DNA of 59,863 bases, counting the filler. It is 5 parts of 5 records of this genome, joined end to end, with 100 filler letters (N's around TTAATTAATTAA, not from the genome) between each part and the next. Parts side by side here need not be neighbours in the genome. Positions count along the whole stretch, not along the records: positions 42,727 to 51,053 come from SRR22947725_4064; positions 51,154 to 59,863 come from SRR22947725_4069; 3 more parts are not named here. The stretch is one strand, 5' to 3'. Below the pieces are notes generated by a model that saw only the letters and a list, made by a program, of their open reading frames with translations, was not told where the DNA came from and did no database searches. The number at the start of each line of letters is the position of its first letter. Position 1 is the first letter of the stretch. The position numbers were made by a program, and so were the translations under genes. Positions 49,767 to 59,673 of this stretch are shown here, piece after piece.

Positions 49767-50390
49767 ATGACAAAAAGTGATAACAAGATTGTATCAAGAA
49801 GACAAATCCCCTATAAGTACAGAGCCTCAAGACCAAAGATAGTTCAGTGGTTAGCAAGATGGTTTTTAAGAATTTTTGGCTGGAAAGTTGAAGGGGCTGT
49901 TCCATCAATTGCAGGTAATGAAAACTTAATTCTTATAGCTGGGCCGCACACATCAAACTGGGATGGGGTGTTTGGTTTTGCTGCTATTTTAGGCCTTGAT
50001 GCCAAAATTACATTTTTTGGAAAATATACTTTATTTAATAAGCCACTTCTTGGTAGATTTTTAAAATATATGGGCGGCATACCTGTTGATAAATCACAAC
50101 CGGGAAGAGGGCTTACAGATATGGCGATAGAAAATATGAAGAGGCTTAACGGCTCACTGATTGCAATGTCCCCAGAAGGAACCAGAGCTAAAACTGAAAA
50201 AATGAGATCCGGATTTTTAAGGATAGCCAAGGCTGTTGAAGGTCAAATATTTTTAGGAGCATTTGACTTTGGCAATAAGAGAATCCTTCTTGATAAGTTT
50301 TACAATCCCACTGGCAACAATGAGGAAGACCTGCAATGGGTTCGTGATTATTTTATGCAATACCAAGCAAAGCATCCAGAAAATTATTAG
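49767..50390 (+). CDS. 1-acyl-sn-glycerol-3-phosphate acyltransferase family protein
   Basis: PHTSNWD (HxxxxD), GGIPVD, SPEGTR. Confidence 0.9.
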   Translation: MTKSDNKIVSRRQIPYKYRASRPKIVQWLARWFLRIFGWKVEGAVPSIAGNENLILIAGPHTSNWDGVFGFAAILGLDAKITFFGKYTLFNKPLLGRFLKYMGGIPVDKSQPGRGLTDMAIENMKRLNGSLIAMSPEGTRAKTEKMRSGFLRIAKAVEGQIFLGAFDFGNKRILLDKFYNPTGNNEEDLQWVRDYFMQYQAKHPENY

Positions 50391-51053
50391 TTAGTCTTTA
50401 GGCCTTCAGAAATCATCTCATCAATTTTCTGTTCAACAATAAATAGAGGAGGGTTGCCATGGTCTAAAACTGCAGAATGAAAATCTTTAATATCAAATTT
50501 ATTACCTAATGCATTCATAGCCTTTTCACGTAACTCTAGAATCTTGATCATGCCTACTTTATAACTAAGGGCTTGTCCTGGCCAAACAATATATCTTTCG
50601 ATTTCTACCCTACATTCAGTATCAGACATTCCTGTCTTACTTTTCATATAGGCTATGGCATCTTCCCTCGTCCATTTTTTATAGTGAATGCCAGTATCAA
50701 CGACCAATCTGACAGCCCTAAAAATTTCACTTTGCAATATACCTAGTTCATCATAAGGGTCAGGAGCTAGTCCAGCTTCAAGCGCTAACTGTTCTGAATA
50801 AAGAGCCCATCCCTCTGAGAAGGCAGAAGTTCGATAACCAAACCTTCTGTAAAGAGTTAATTCTTCATTTTCTAATGAGTGAGCAATCTGATGATGATGT
50901 CCTGGTGTTGCTTCATGATATGCAAGAGTTTTCATGCTGTACTTAGGTGTCTGTTTTATATCATAAAGATTTACATAGAATGCTCCTGGCCTGCTCCCAT
51001 CTAGCGCAGGGGACTGATACCAGCCACCAGGAGCAGTTTTTTCTGAATATTCT
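50387..51053 (-). CDS. DUF885 family metalloprotein, 5' end truncated
   Basis: DGSRPGAFYVN, YHEATPGHHHQ, AFSEGWALYSE, RAVRLVVDTGIH, PGQALSYKVG. Confidence 0.9.
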
Positions 51054-51153
51054 NNNNNNNNNNNNNNNNNNNNNNNNNNNNNNNNNNNNNNNNNNNNTTA
51101 ATTAATTAANNNNNNNNNNNNNNNNNNNNNNNNNNNNNNNNNNNNNNNNNNNN
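51054..51153. other. Artificial contig-joining spacer
   Basis: N-run with TTAATTAATTAA. Confidence 0.98.
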
Positions 51154-51183
51154 AGAGGGGTTCGATTCCCCTTGGGACCGCCA
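51154..51183 (+). tRNA. 3' part of a tRNA, probably tRNA-Glu (anticodon lies outside the contig)
   Basis: T-arm AGGGG-TTCGATT-CCCCT, 7-nt acceptor strand TGGGACC, G discriminator, encoded CCA; resembles bacterial tRNA-Glu 3' ends. Confidence 0.8.
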
Positions 51184-51190
51184 AATATAA

Positions 51191-52147
51191 ATGAAAAAAA
51201 TAGCAATTATAGAAGAAATTGACAAAGAAGGTTTAAAACTTTTAGATAATAATCCAAAATTTACTTATGAAATTATCACAGACACTAGTGAAGAAAATCT
51301 AATTAAAGTTTTACCAAATTTTGATGGATGTAGTTTAAGAGTTTCAAAGTTAACAAGCAAAATAATGTCTGTTTGTAAAAATTTAAAAATTATATCAAGA
51401 CATGGAGTAGGCTATGACAATATTGATCTTGGTTATATAAAAAAAAATAACATTACTTTAACAATAACCGCTACTGCAAATGCAACAGCTGTTTCTGAAC
51501 ATGTAATGTATATGATGCTTGTCTTATCTAAAGCTAAACTTACATATGACAATGAAGTCAGAACTGGTACATTCAAGAAAAATATGAAAACCATTAAAAC
51601 TTTTGAACTAATGGGTAAAGAAATTTTGATAGCTGGATTTGGAAGAATAGGAAAAAGTTTAATTAAAAAATGTCTTGGTTTCGACATGAAAGTTTCTGTT
51701 TATGATCCGTTTCTTGAAGAAAAAATAATTAATAATTTAGGAGGCAAAAAAGTATCTTCTATTGAGGAAGGTTTAAAAATAGCTGACTTCGTATCAATAC
51801 ATATGCCGTTAAGTGACAAAACAAAAAACCTATTTAACTATGAATTAATAAAAAAAATGAAAAAAAATAGTATAATTATTAATACTGCTAGAGGAGGTAT
51901 AATTAATGAAATTGATCTAGATAAAGCTTTAAATGAGAATCTTATATTTGGTGCTGGGCTTGACGTTTTTGAAAAAGAGCCACCTAATCCAGATAATTCA
52001 TTATTAAAAAATAAAAAATTAATACTGAGCCCTCATACCTCTGCTTTAACTGATGAATGCAAAGTAAGAATGGCAAAAGAAACTGTGAAAAATATAATTG
52101 ATTTTTTTGAAAATAAGTTAGATAAAACTGTAATAGTTAAATTATGA
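51191..52147 (+). CDS. D-isomer-specific 2-hydroxyacid dehydrogenase (SerA-like)
   Basis: SRHGVGYDNID, GFGRIG, HMPL, INTARGG, LDVFEKEP, SPH. Confidence 0.9.
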   Translation: MKKIAIIEEIDKEGLKLLDNNPKFTYEIITDTSEENLIKVLPNFDGCSLRVSKLTSKIMSVCKNLKIISRHGVGYDNIDLGYIKKNNITLTITATANATAVSEHVMYMMLVLSKAKLTYDNEVRTGTFKKNMKTIKTFELMGKEILIAGFGRIGKSLIKKCLGFDMKVSVYDPFLEEKIINNLGGKKVSSIEEGLKIADFVSIHMPLSDKTKNLFNYELIKKMKKNSIIINTARGGIINEIDLDKALNENLIFGAGLDVFEKEPPNPDNSLLKNKKLILSPHTSALTDECKVRMAKETVKNIIDFFENKLDKTVIVKL

Positions 52148-52653
52148 TAAATTTTAAAAGAAAATTAAAAAAATTTGGTCCCTTAGAAACACTTGTTATA
52201 ATTTCATTTCTTTATGTCCTTGCAATGCTAATATGGACGGCATCAACAAGATCAGAAGTTGTAAAAAAAGCGAGTGATATAAAATCTAATCATAAAACCG
52301 TTGTCGAGTTTATAAATAACGAAATTAATAAATGTAGTTCAAACAATAATATGTCAACTTCATGGGGAGAAAATTGTAGTTCAGTATGGACTTCGTCTAA
52401 AATAGTAAAATATATTTTAGCAAATTTTAAACTCAATAACCCTTACAATATTAAAAAACCTCTAATTCAAACTTCGCAAGATCCGCGTATACAAGCAGAA
52501 GGAAAAGCAGGTCAGTCAACTGATAAAGGAATTATATTTGTATCGTTAAACAATTTTGAGCCAGAAGCTGGTGCAGAGTGGGTAATTGGCGCTTGCGTTA
52601 AATCACCTTGTGTTGCTGCTGGAAATAATGAATTAGTTTCTGCATACCGTTAA
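52144..52653 (+). CDS. Membrane-anchored, degenerate type IV pilin-like protein
   Basis: Basic leader, FGPLETLVII hydrophobic helix with E5, KSNH..V..I..E..KCS helix, C-terminal Cys pair. Confidence 0.5.
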   Translation: MINFKRKLKKFGPLETLVIISFLYVLAMLIWTASTRSEVVKKASDIKSNHKTVVEFINNEINKCSSNNNMSTSWGENCSSVWTSSKIVKYILANFKLNNPYNIKKPLIQTSQDPRIQAEGKAGQSTDKGIIFVSLNNFEPEAGAEWVIGACVKSPCVAAGNNELVSAYR

Positions 52654-53549
52654 ATAATAATTTCAAAACCACATTCTTTTGCAGTTTTACTTAGATAATT
52701 ATATCCTATTTTAGCATACTCAAATGGATTTGCTTTTGCTGGATCCTGCTCTGCTTCTACAACTAACCACCCTGAATAATCATTTTCCTTAAGTGTTTTT
52801 AGAAAAGGTTTATAGTCAATACAACCATCACCTGGAACTGTAAATGCCCCATCTAAAAATGCCTGTCTGAATGTATTGTCATTTTTTAAAGAATTATCTA
52901 AAACATCTTTTCTTATATCCTTACAATGCACATGTATTAATTTTTCACTAAATTCTTTTGCTAAATTAATTGAATTGCCTTGTGCAAATAACATGTGACC
53001 AGTATCGATTAATAATTTTACTGAGTCTATTGTGTTTTCCATCAATCTTTTAGTTTCTTCTTCAGTCTCTATAACGGTTCCCATGTGATGGTGATAAGCT
53101 AAAGGCATATTTTCATCTATCATCATTTTACTAATTTCATTTATTCTCGATATCAAAGTATTCCATTCATCTTTAGATAATTTTGGTCTTTGTGATAAAG
53201 GGGTTTTTGGATCTCCCTGAACAGAATTAGTTATCTCTGCAAATACCATGCAAGGAGATTTACAATCTTTAAATAATTTTAACTGATCTCTCATAAATAA
53301 AAATTCATCTTTTGCAGAATTTTTTAAAAGCTGTGCCCCATACCAACCCGAACATAATGATAAATTTTCTTTTTTTAGTTTAGGTAAAAGTAATTCAGAA
53401 TTTTTTGGGAATTTTCCACCTGATTCAATACCAGTAAATCCGGCTCTGCTTGCTTCGTTTAAACATTGCTCTAGTGATGTTTTACCACCTAATTCAGGCA
53501 TATCATCGTTACTCCAGGCTATTGGTGCTACACCTAATTTTATAGACAT
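52650..53549 (-). CDS. iolE: myo-inosose-2 dehydratase IolE
   Basis: APIAWSNDDMPELGG, YHHHMGT, DTGH, HVHCKDIR, FTVPGDGCID, VEAEQDP. Confidence 0.95.
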   Translation of the reverse strand: MSIKLGVAPIAWSNDDMPELGGKTSLEQCLNEASRAGFTGIESGGKFPKNSELLLPKLKKENLSLCSGWYGAQLLKNSAKDEFLFMRDQLKLFKDCKSPCMVFAEITNSVQGDPKTPLSQRPKLSKDEWNTLISRINEISKMMIDENMPLAYHHHMGTVIETEEETKRLMENTIDSVKLLIDTGHMLFAQGNSINLAKEFSEKLIHVHCKDIRKDVLDNSLKNDNTFRQAFLDGAFTVPGDGCIDYKPFLKTLKENDYSGWLVVEAEQDPAKANPFEYAKIGYNYLSKTAKECGFEIII

Positions 53550-53612
53550 AATAATAAGAAAGTATTAAGTTTTTTATATTACATTAATAGAATTATTACA
53601 AAAAAATATATC

Positions 53613-54605
53613 ATGATAAACGTAGCACTCTTAGGTTTTGGCAGGATTGGTCAAATGCATGCTGAAAATATTAATAAAAACAAAGATTTAAAACTCCTAT
53701 ATGTTTATGAAAAAATTGAGTTATTGTGTAAGAAGGCTAAAAAACAATATAATTGTATAATTGAAAAAAATTATAATAATATTTTTCAAGATAAAAATGT
53801 TGATATAATTTTTATCGCAAGCCCAACAAATACTCATATAAAATTTATAGAAGAAGCGATAAAATATAAAAAAACTATATTTTGTGAAAAACCTTTAGAT
53901 TTAAACATAAAAAAAATTTTTAAAACTTTTAAAAAAGTTAAACAAAATAAACCAAAAATTCAATTAGGTTTTAATAGGAGATATGACCCAGGTCACTTTT
54001 CAATTAAAAAAGATTTAACTAGAAATAAAATAGGAAAATTAGAAAAGATTATAATTACAAGTAGAGATCCTGCGCCTCCGCCTTCCTCATATCTTAAATC
54101 TTCAGGAGGGATATTTAGGGATATGATGATACATGATTTTGATTTATGTAGATTATATCTTGAAAACGATGAAATTTCAGAAGTTCATGCCCTTACTTCA
54201 TCTTTTGACCCTTTGTATAAAAAAATTAAAGATCATGAACTGGCTGTTGTTACAATGAAATCTAAGAAAGGTGTAATATGTGTAATTACTAATTCGAGAC
54301 ATTGTTCATTTGGATATGATCAACGTGTAGAATTGTTTGGTAAAAAAGGGATGTTATTATCAGGAAATAAAAAAATTGATTCTACAGAATTATTTAATTC
54401 AAACGCATCTAATGCGCAGAAACCTTTTTTAAATTTTTTTATAGAAAGGTACAATGAAGCTTATAATTTACAGTTAAAGGAACTAGTTTCTCTTCACCAA
54501 AATAAAATTAGATCAAGATCTACGTTTGAGGATGGATATATGGCTTTAAAACTAGCTAACGCTTGTTACAAATCAACAAGACTTAAAAAGACTATAAAAC
54601 TTTAA
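53613..54605 (+). CDS. iolG: Inositol 2-dehydrogenase IolG/IdhA
   Basis: GFGRIGQMHA, CEKP, GFNRRYD, ITSRDP, SGGIFRDMMIHDFD, GYDQRVE. Confidence 0.9.
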   Translation: MINVALLGFGRIGQMHAENINKNKDLKLLYVYEKIELLCKKAKKQYNCIIEKNYNNIFQDKNVDIIFIASPTNTHIKFIEEAIKYKKTIFCEKPLDLNIKKIFKTFKKVKQNKPKIQLGFNRRYDPGHFSIKKDLTRNKIGKLEKIIITSRDPAPPPSSYLKSSGGIFRDMMIHDFDLCRLYLENDEISEVHALTSSFDPLYKKIKDHELAVVTMKSKKGVICVITNSRHCSFGYDQRVELFGKKGMLLSGNKKIDSTELFNSNASNAQKPFLNFFIERYNEAYNLQLKELVSLHQNKIRSRSTFEDGYMALKLANACYKSTRLKKTIKL

Positions 54606-54710
54606 TTTTTAAACATACCACAGGTTGTATCCAAAAAAAAATTTTGATCTTGTGTAATTTTTTTGTTTAAATACCAACAATTATTAAAATCAATAAAGGG
54701 AAATAATATA

Positions 54711-55634
54711 ATGAAAAAACTATACTTAACAGTTGTAGCTCTTATGAGCTGGGCAATGATGTCAGTAGCTGCTTTAGCGGTTGATATTATTGTTGTTTCT
54801 CACGGACAAGCAAATGATCCTTTTTGGTCAGTTGCTAAAAATGGAGTTGATAAAGCATGTAAAGATATGAAAATATCTTGCAAATATACTGCTCCAGCAA
54901 CATTTGACATGGTAGAAATGTCTAAATTAATCGATAATGCTGTTTCTCAAAAACCAAAAGGTATTGTTATAACTTTACCAGATGCTGCCGCTCTAGGTAA
55001 ATCTGTTAAAGCTGCAATATCAGCTGGTATTCCAGTAATTTCTATGAATTCTGGTTCAGATGATTACATGAAGTTAGGAATTAGCGCTCATGTTGGTCAA
55101 ACAGAGTTTGAAGCAGGAGTAGGTGGCGGACAAAAAATGAAAGCTGCTGGTGGAAAAAAAGCTCTATGCGTTAACCATGAAGTAGGTAACGTTGCTTTAG
55201 ATAGAAGATGTGCTGGTTTCAAAAAAGGTTTTGGTGGATCTGTAGAAATACTAGGTACATCTAATGACCCAACTGAAATTCAAAAAGCTGTTGCTGCTAA
55301 ATTAGGTGGAGGATTTGACACTATTTTAACATTAGGTGCTGGTCTATCTGGTGAAGCTGCTTTAAAAGCTTTAGAGTCTGCTGGTAAAGTTGGAAGTGTT
55401 AAACTTGGAACTTTTGATATGTCTCCAGGAATGCTTAAAGCTGCTGCTGGTGGTAAAGTTGAATTCTTAATTGATCAACAACAGTATCTTCAAGGGTACT
55501 TACCTATAGCTATCTTTGCTCAATATATGAGATATGGAACTATGCCTGCTGGTGTAGTTATGACAGGACCTGGTTTTGTTACACCAAAAAATGCTAATAG
55601 TGTAATTAAATGGGCTGCTCAAGGTTATAGATAA
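54711..55634 (+). CDS. Sugar (inositol-type) ABC transporter substrate-binding protein
   Basis: Signal peptide, HGQANDPFWSV, HVGQTE, DQQQYLQGY; ATG 54711 after AAAGGG. Confidence 0.9.
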   Translation: MKKLYLTVVALMSWAMMSVAALAVDIIVVSHGQANDPFWSVAKNGVDKACKDMKISCKYTAPATFDMVEMSKLIDNAVSQKPKGIVITLPDAAALGKSVKAAISAGIPVISMNSGSDDYMKLGISAHVGQTEFEAGVGGGQKMKAAGGKKALCVNHEVGNVALDRRCAGFKKGFGGSVEILGTSNDPTEIQKAVAAKLGGGFDTILTLGAGLSGEAALKALESAGKVGSVKLGTFDMSPGMLKAAAGGKVEFLIDQQQYLQGYLPIAIFAQYMRYGTMPAGVVMTGPGFVTPKNANSVIKWAAQGYR

Positions 55635-55645
55635 AAAATATATTG

Positions 55646-55682
55646 AAATGGCCTAGTGATCTATCGCTAGGCCATTTTTTTT
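55646..55682 (+). terminator. Intrinsic terminator / stabilising hairpin after the binding-protein gene
   Basis: AAATGGCCTAGTGAT-CT-ATCGCTAGGCCATTT followed by a T-run. Confidence 0.8.
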
Positions 55683-55694
55683 AATTTTTTAATT

Positions 55695-56822
55695 ATGTCT
55701 ACAAAATCAAAAAGTATTGAAAATAAAAAAGAAATTAATCAAGACGAGAGACTTCAGAGGGTTTCAAAATTAAGATTATTATTAAATAGGCCTGAACTTG
55801 GTGCTTTAGGTGGAGCAATACTTGTTTTTATTTTTTTTGGAATAGTTGCTGGTGATACAGGTATGTTTAGTGCCTATGGAATGTTAAATTTTTTAGATGT
55901 TTCTGCTAATCTTGGAATAATTGCTATTGCTGCAGCGATGCTAATGATTGGTGGTGAGTTTGATCTTTCAATTGGTTCTATGATTGGGTTTGCAGGAATT
56001 TGCATTGCAATACCAGCTATTTATTGGGGGTGGCCATTATGGATGAGTATTATTTTTGCTTTTTCAATGGCTGTGCTTGTGGGATATTTCAACGGTATAC
56101 TTGTTGTTAAAACGGGATTACCATCCTTTATTGTAACACTTGCAATGCTCTTTATTTTAAGAGGAGCTACATTAGCATTAACTAGATTAATTACAGGTAG
56201 AACTCAGGTTCCAGGTTTGAGAGTATTAATTGAAAACGATCCATTGGCTTGGATTTTTGCGACAGATACATTTAAATGGGTCTTTACGTGGTTAGGCTCA
56301 ATGAATTTAATTGACTTGAGGACTGACGGTACTCCATTAGCAACCGGAATACCTCCTTCGGTTATTTGGTTTATATTTTTTGCTATTGTAGCAACATGGA
56401 TTTTAATGAAAACAAGATATGGAAATTGGATATTTGCATCAGGTGGAGACAAAAACGGTGCTAATAACGTAGGTGTCCCAGTTGGAAAAGTTAAAATTGG
56501 TTTATTTATTGGTACGGCTGTTGCATCTACCGTGTTTGCTACAATTCAGGTTTTAGATGCTGGATCAGCAGATACAATGAGAGGAACTTTAAAAGAATTA
56601 GAAGCGATCGCAGCGGCAGTGGTAGGAGGGTGTTTATTAACTGGCGGATATGGTTCAGCTATCGGAGCTGCATTTGGTGCATTAATTTTTGGTACTGTTT
56701 CTATGGGTATATTTTACACAGATATTGATACAGATTGGTTTAAAGTATTTTTGGGAGCTATGATGTTGATTGCTGTAATTTTTAATAACTACATAAGAAG
56801 AAAAGTAACTGAGAGTAAATAA
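55695..56822 (+). CDS. Sugar ABC transporter permease
   Basis: [41 protein letters not shown]. Confidence 0.92.
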   Translation: MSTKSKSIENKKEINQDERLQRVSKLRLLLNRPELGALGGAILVFIFFGIVAGDTGMFSAYGMLNFLDVSANLGIIAIAAAMLMIGGEFDLSIGSMIGFAGICIAIPAIYWGWPLWMSIIFAFSMAVLVGYFNGILVVKTGLPSFIVTLAMLFILRGATLALTRLITGRTQVPGLRVLIENDPLAWIFATDTFKWVFTWLGSMNLIDLRTDGTPLATGIPPSVIWFIFFAIVATWILMKTRYGNWIFASGGDKNGANNVGVPVGKVKIGLFIGTAVASTVFATIQVLDAGSADTMRGTLKELEAIAAAVVGGCLLTGGYGSAIGAAFGALIFGTVSMGIFYTDIDTDWFKVFLGAMMLIAVIFNNYIRRKVTESK

Positions 56823-57613
56823 TGTCAGACTATTTAATTCAATTTAATAATATAAGTAAATTTTTTGGAAAAGTTATTGCCTTAAAAGATGTAACAATGA
56901 AATTGAAAAAAGGTGAGATTATGTGTCTTTTAGGAGATAATGGCGCTGGTAAATCAACATTGATTAAAACATTGGCTGGTGTCCACAAACCTGATGAAGG
57001 TGAAATAATAGTAGAAGGTAAAAATACTATTTTTGATGGTCCAAAAGATGCTTTAGATATGGGTATAGCTACTGTTTACCAAGATTTAGCATTGGTTTCC
57101 TTAATGAGTGTTACTAGAAATTTTTTTATGGGAAGAGAGCCTTTAAAAGGGCCTCCTTTATTTAAAACTTTTGATATTGAAAAAGCAAACAAAATAGCCG
57201 CAGAAAGAATGGGTCAAATAGGTATCGATGTAAGAGACCCTTCGCAAGCCGTTGGGACAATGTCTGGTGGTGAAAGACAATGTTTAGCAATAAGTAGAGC
57301 TATATACTTTGGTGCTAAAGTCTTAATACTAGATGAACCTACTTCTGCTTTAGGAGTTCATCAAGCATCAGTGGTTTTAAAGTATATTGTAAAAGCTGCA
57401 TCTGAAGGACTAGCGGTAATACTAATTACTCATAACGTTCATCATGCATACCCAGTAGGCAATAGTTTTACAGTTTTGAATCGAGGAAAAAGTCTAGGCA
57501 CTTACGCAAAAAAAGACATTACTAGAGAAAAGCTTTTAAGTATGATGGCAGGGGGTGAAGAACTTGATAAATTAGAAGTTGAACTTCAAGAAATGAATAG
57601 AGTCTCAACCTAA
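56822..57613 (+). CDS. Sugar ABC transporter ATP-binding protein
   Basis: [26 protein letters not shown]. Confidence 0.94.
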   Translation: MSDYLIQFNNISKFFGKVIALKDVTMKLKKGEIMCLLGDNGAGKSTLIKTLAGVHKPDEGEIIVEGKNTIFDGPKDALDMGIATVYQDLALVSLMSVTRNFFMGREPLKGPPLFKTFDIEKANKIAAERMGQIGIDVRDPSQAVGTMSGGERQCLAISRAIYFGAKVLILDEPTSALGVHQASVVLKYIVKAASEGLAVILITHNVHHAYPVGNSFTVLNRGKSLGTYAKKDITREKLLSMMAGGEELDKLEVELQEMNRVST

Positions 57614-57615
57614 TA

Positions 57616-58518
57616 ATGCAAATAGGAATAGATTTAGGTGCTACAAAAATAGAATATGTCCTATTAGATAATGATAATAAAGAATTAATCAGAAACAGAG
57701 TTCCAACACCTAACGATTATGACAATACACTTTTATCAATAATTAATATTGTTAAAGATTTAGAAAAAAAAAATAACAAAGATCTAAGTGTAGGAATTTG
57801 CCATCCAGGTGCAACAGATAAAACTACAGGGTTAATTAAAAATGCCCATAATTCTCAGTGGTTAAATAAAAAAGACATAGTTAAAGATTTAAAAAAAATT
57901 TTGAAGAACAATATTTATTCTGAAAATGATGCAAATTGTTTTTGTTTATCTGAAGCTTTTGATGGTTCCGCTAGTAACTATGAAACCGTATTTGGTATTA
58001 TTTTAGGATCAGGTTGTGGTGGTGGGTTTGTAATAAATAAAAAAATTATATCAGGTTCAAATGGTTTAGGTGGTGAGTGGAGCTTAAATCAAATGCCGGA
58101 GACTAATAATTCAAATTTAAAATCTGAAAACAAATTAGATTTTTCAAATAGAATAGAAGGTTATCTTTCAGGAAAATCGTTAGAAAAAAATTACCAAAAA
58201 AAATTTAAAAATAAATTAACAGCAAAAGAAATTTTTTTTAATTACAGAAATAAAGATAATAACGCTTGTGCTTTTATAAATGACTACAAAAACAAATTAG
58301 CTAGATCTCTTGTAATAATTATTACTACTTTGGATCCAGATGCCATTGTTTTCGGCGGTGGTTTATCTAATGAAATAGATTTTTTGGATGAGATTAAAAG
58401 AATTACATCTAATCTAATAAATGAACCTAATTTAAAAACAATTTTTTTAAAACCTCTATATGGGGACGCAAGTGGTGTAAGAGGCGCTGCGTTATTAGGT
58501 AGAAGTAAATCTATTTAA
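57616..58518 (+). CDS. ROK-family sugar kinase (Mak-like)
   Basis: GIDLGATKIE, ENDANC, ILGSGCGGG, GGEW, GDASGVRGAA. Confidence 0.88.
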   Translation: MQIGIDLGATKIEYVLLDNDNKELIRNRVPTPNDYDNTLLSIINIVKDLEKKNNKDLSVGICHPGATDKTTGLIKNAHNSQWLNKKDIVKDLKKILKNNIYSENDANCFCLSEAFDGSASNYETVFGIILGSGCGGGFVINKKIISGSNGLGGEWSLNQMPETNNSNLKSENKLDFSNRIEGYLSGKSLEKNYQKKFKNKLTAKEIFFNYRNKDNNACAFINDYKNKLARSLVIIITTLDPDAIVFGGGLSNEIDFLDEIKRITSNLINEPNLKTIFLKPLYGDASGVRGAALLGRSKSI

Positions 58519-59668
58519 GAATTTTTTTAATTTTATCCTGAGTAAATTGTTCGGGTGTATCACAATGAGTTGATAATAATACAGATTTATGGCTCTTAGC
58601 TGACTTCATAATAGATTGAATTATATCTAATACATGTAATGATAGTTCACCATTACACATATGTTTATTTTTATTTTCGATAGAATATGCCATTTCTGAT
58701 AATCCGGCTCCTCTATAATTTGCATTTGTTGGCGACTCATTGGCTCGTGAACTTTGATTTTTAATATTTATTTTACCAAGTTCTAAATTATTTGTTTCAT
58801 GTTCGGTCCATTTTCCACCTAATTCCAAACAGGTAAAAGCAGAACCTCCAAACATATTTGGATCTGGAACAACAATTGATCCTTTGTCACCATATAATTC
58901 AATATGGTTTCTTTTATGATCTTTAACATCAAAAGATAAAGTCATTTGTATTAAAGAATTATTCTTAAATTCAAGTGTTGAAACATATGTAGTATCGCAT
59001 TCGACTTTAAATTTTTTTCCTTTTCTAGGTCCTATACCAATTTCTCTTTCAAAAAAGACTTTTTTTGATTTACTTGTAACTGATTTTACTGCTCCTAATA
59101 AAGCTACTAAAGCTGTTATATAATAAGGCCCCATATCAACTACTGGGCCTCCTTCATTAGTTGCAAACCATGGTTCAGGACTTGGATGATAAGACTGAAC
59201 TCCAGGGTATGCAAACATTGCATTACCTAAATTAATTTTACCAATTAATCCACTCTCTATTAGTTCTTTAGATTTTTGCACACCAGCCCCTAAAACAGTA
59301 TCGGGTGCACTCCCCAAATAAAGGTTATTTTTTTTTGATAATTCTAAGAGTTTTTTCCCATCATCAAAATTAATACATAGAGGTTTTTCGCTATAAGAAT
59401 GTTTTCCTGATAACAGAGCCTTTTCAGAAACTTCAAAGTGAGCTTTAGGAATAGTAAGGTTAAGAATAATTTCAACATCTTTATCTTTAAAAATATCATC
59501 TATATTTGATGATTGAATACCGTTTTCTTTTGCACATTTTTCAGCTGCTTCATTATTAATATCAGCACATTTGATTATCTTAATATTATTAAAATATTCT
59601 TCTGCCCTAAAATAAGTTTCAGATATATGGCCGCAGCCAACTAGGCCAACATTGAAGATTTTATTCAT
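58511..59668 (-). CDS. Gfo/Idh/MocA-family oxidoreductase
   Basis: VGCGHIS, NLTIP..H, YSEKP, APDTVLG, GGPVVDMGPYY. Confidence 0.88.
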   Translation of the reverse strand: MNKIFNVGLVGCGHISETYFRAEEYFNNIKIIKCADINNEAAEKCAKENGIQSSNIDDIFKDKDVEIILNLTIPKAHFEVSEKALLSGKHSYSEKPLCINFDDGKKLLELSKKNNLYLGSAPDTVLGAGVQKSKELIESGLIGKINLGNAMFAYPGVQSYHPSPEPWFATNEGGPVVDMGPYYITALVALLGAVKSVTSKSKKVFFEREIGIGPRKGKKFKVECDTTYVSTLEFKNNSLIQMTLSFDVKDHKRNHIELYGDKGSIVVPDPNMFGGSAFTCLELGGKWTEHETNNLELGKINIKNQSSRANESPTNANYRGAGLSEMAYSIENKNKHMCNGELSLHVLDIIQSIMKSAKSHKSVLLSTHCDTPEQFTQDKIKKILK

Positions 59669-59673
59669 GCTAT

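Noticed and set aside
51154..51183. tRNA 3' fragment as an att site of an integrated element
   Set aside because: The truncation coincides with the contig edge; no integrase or second copy is visible
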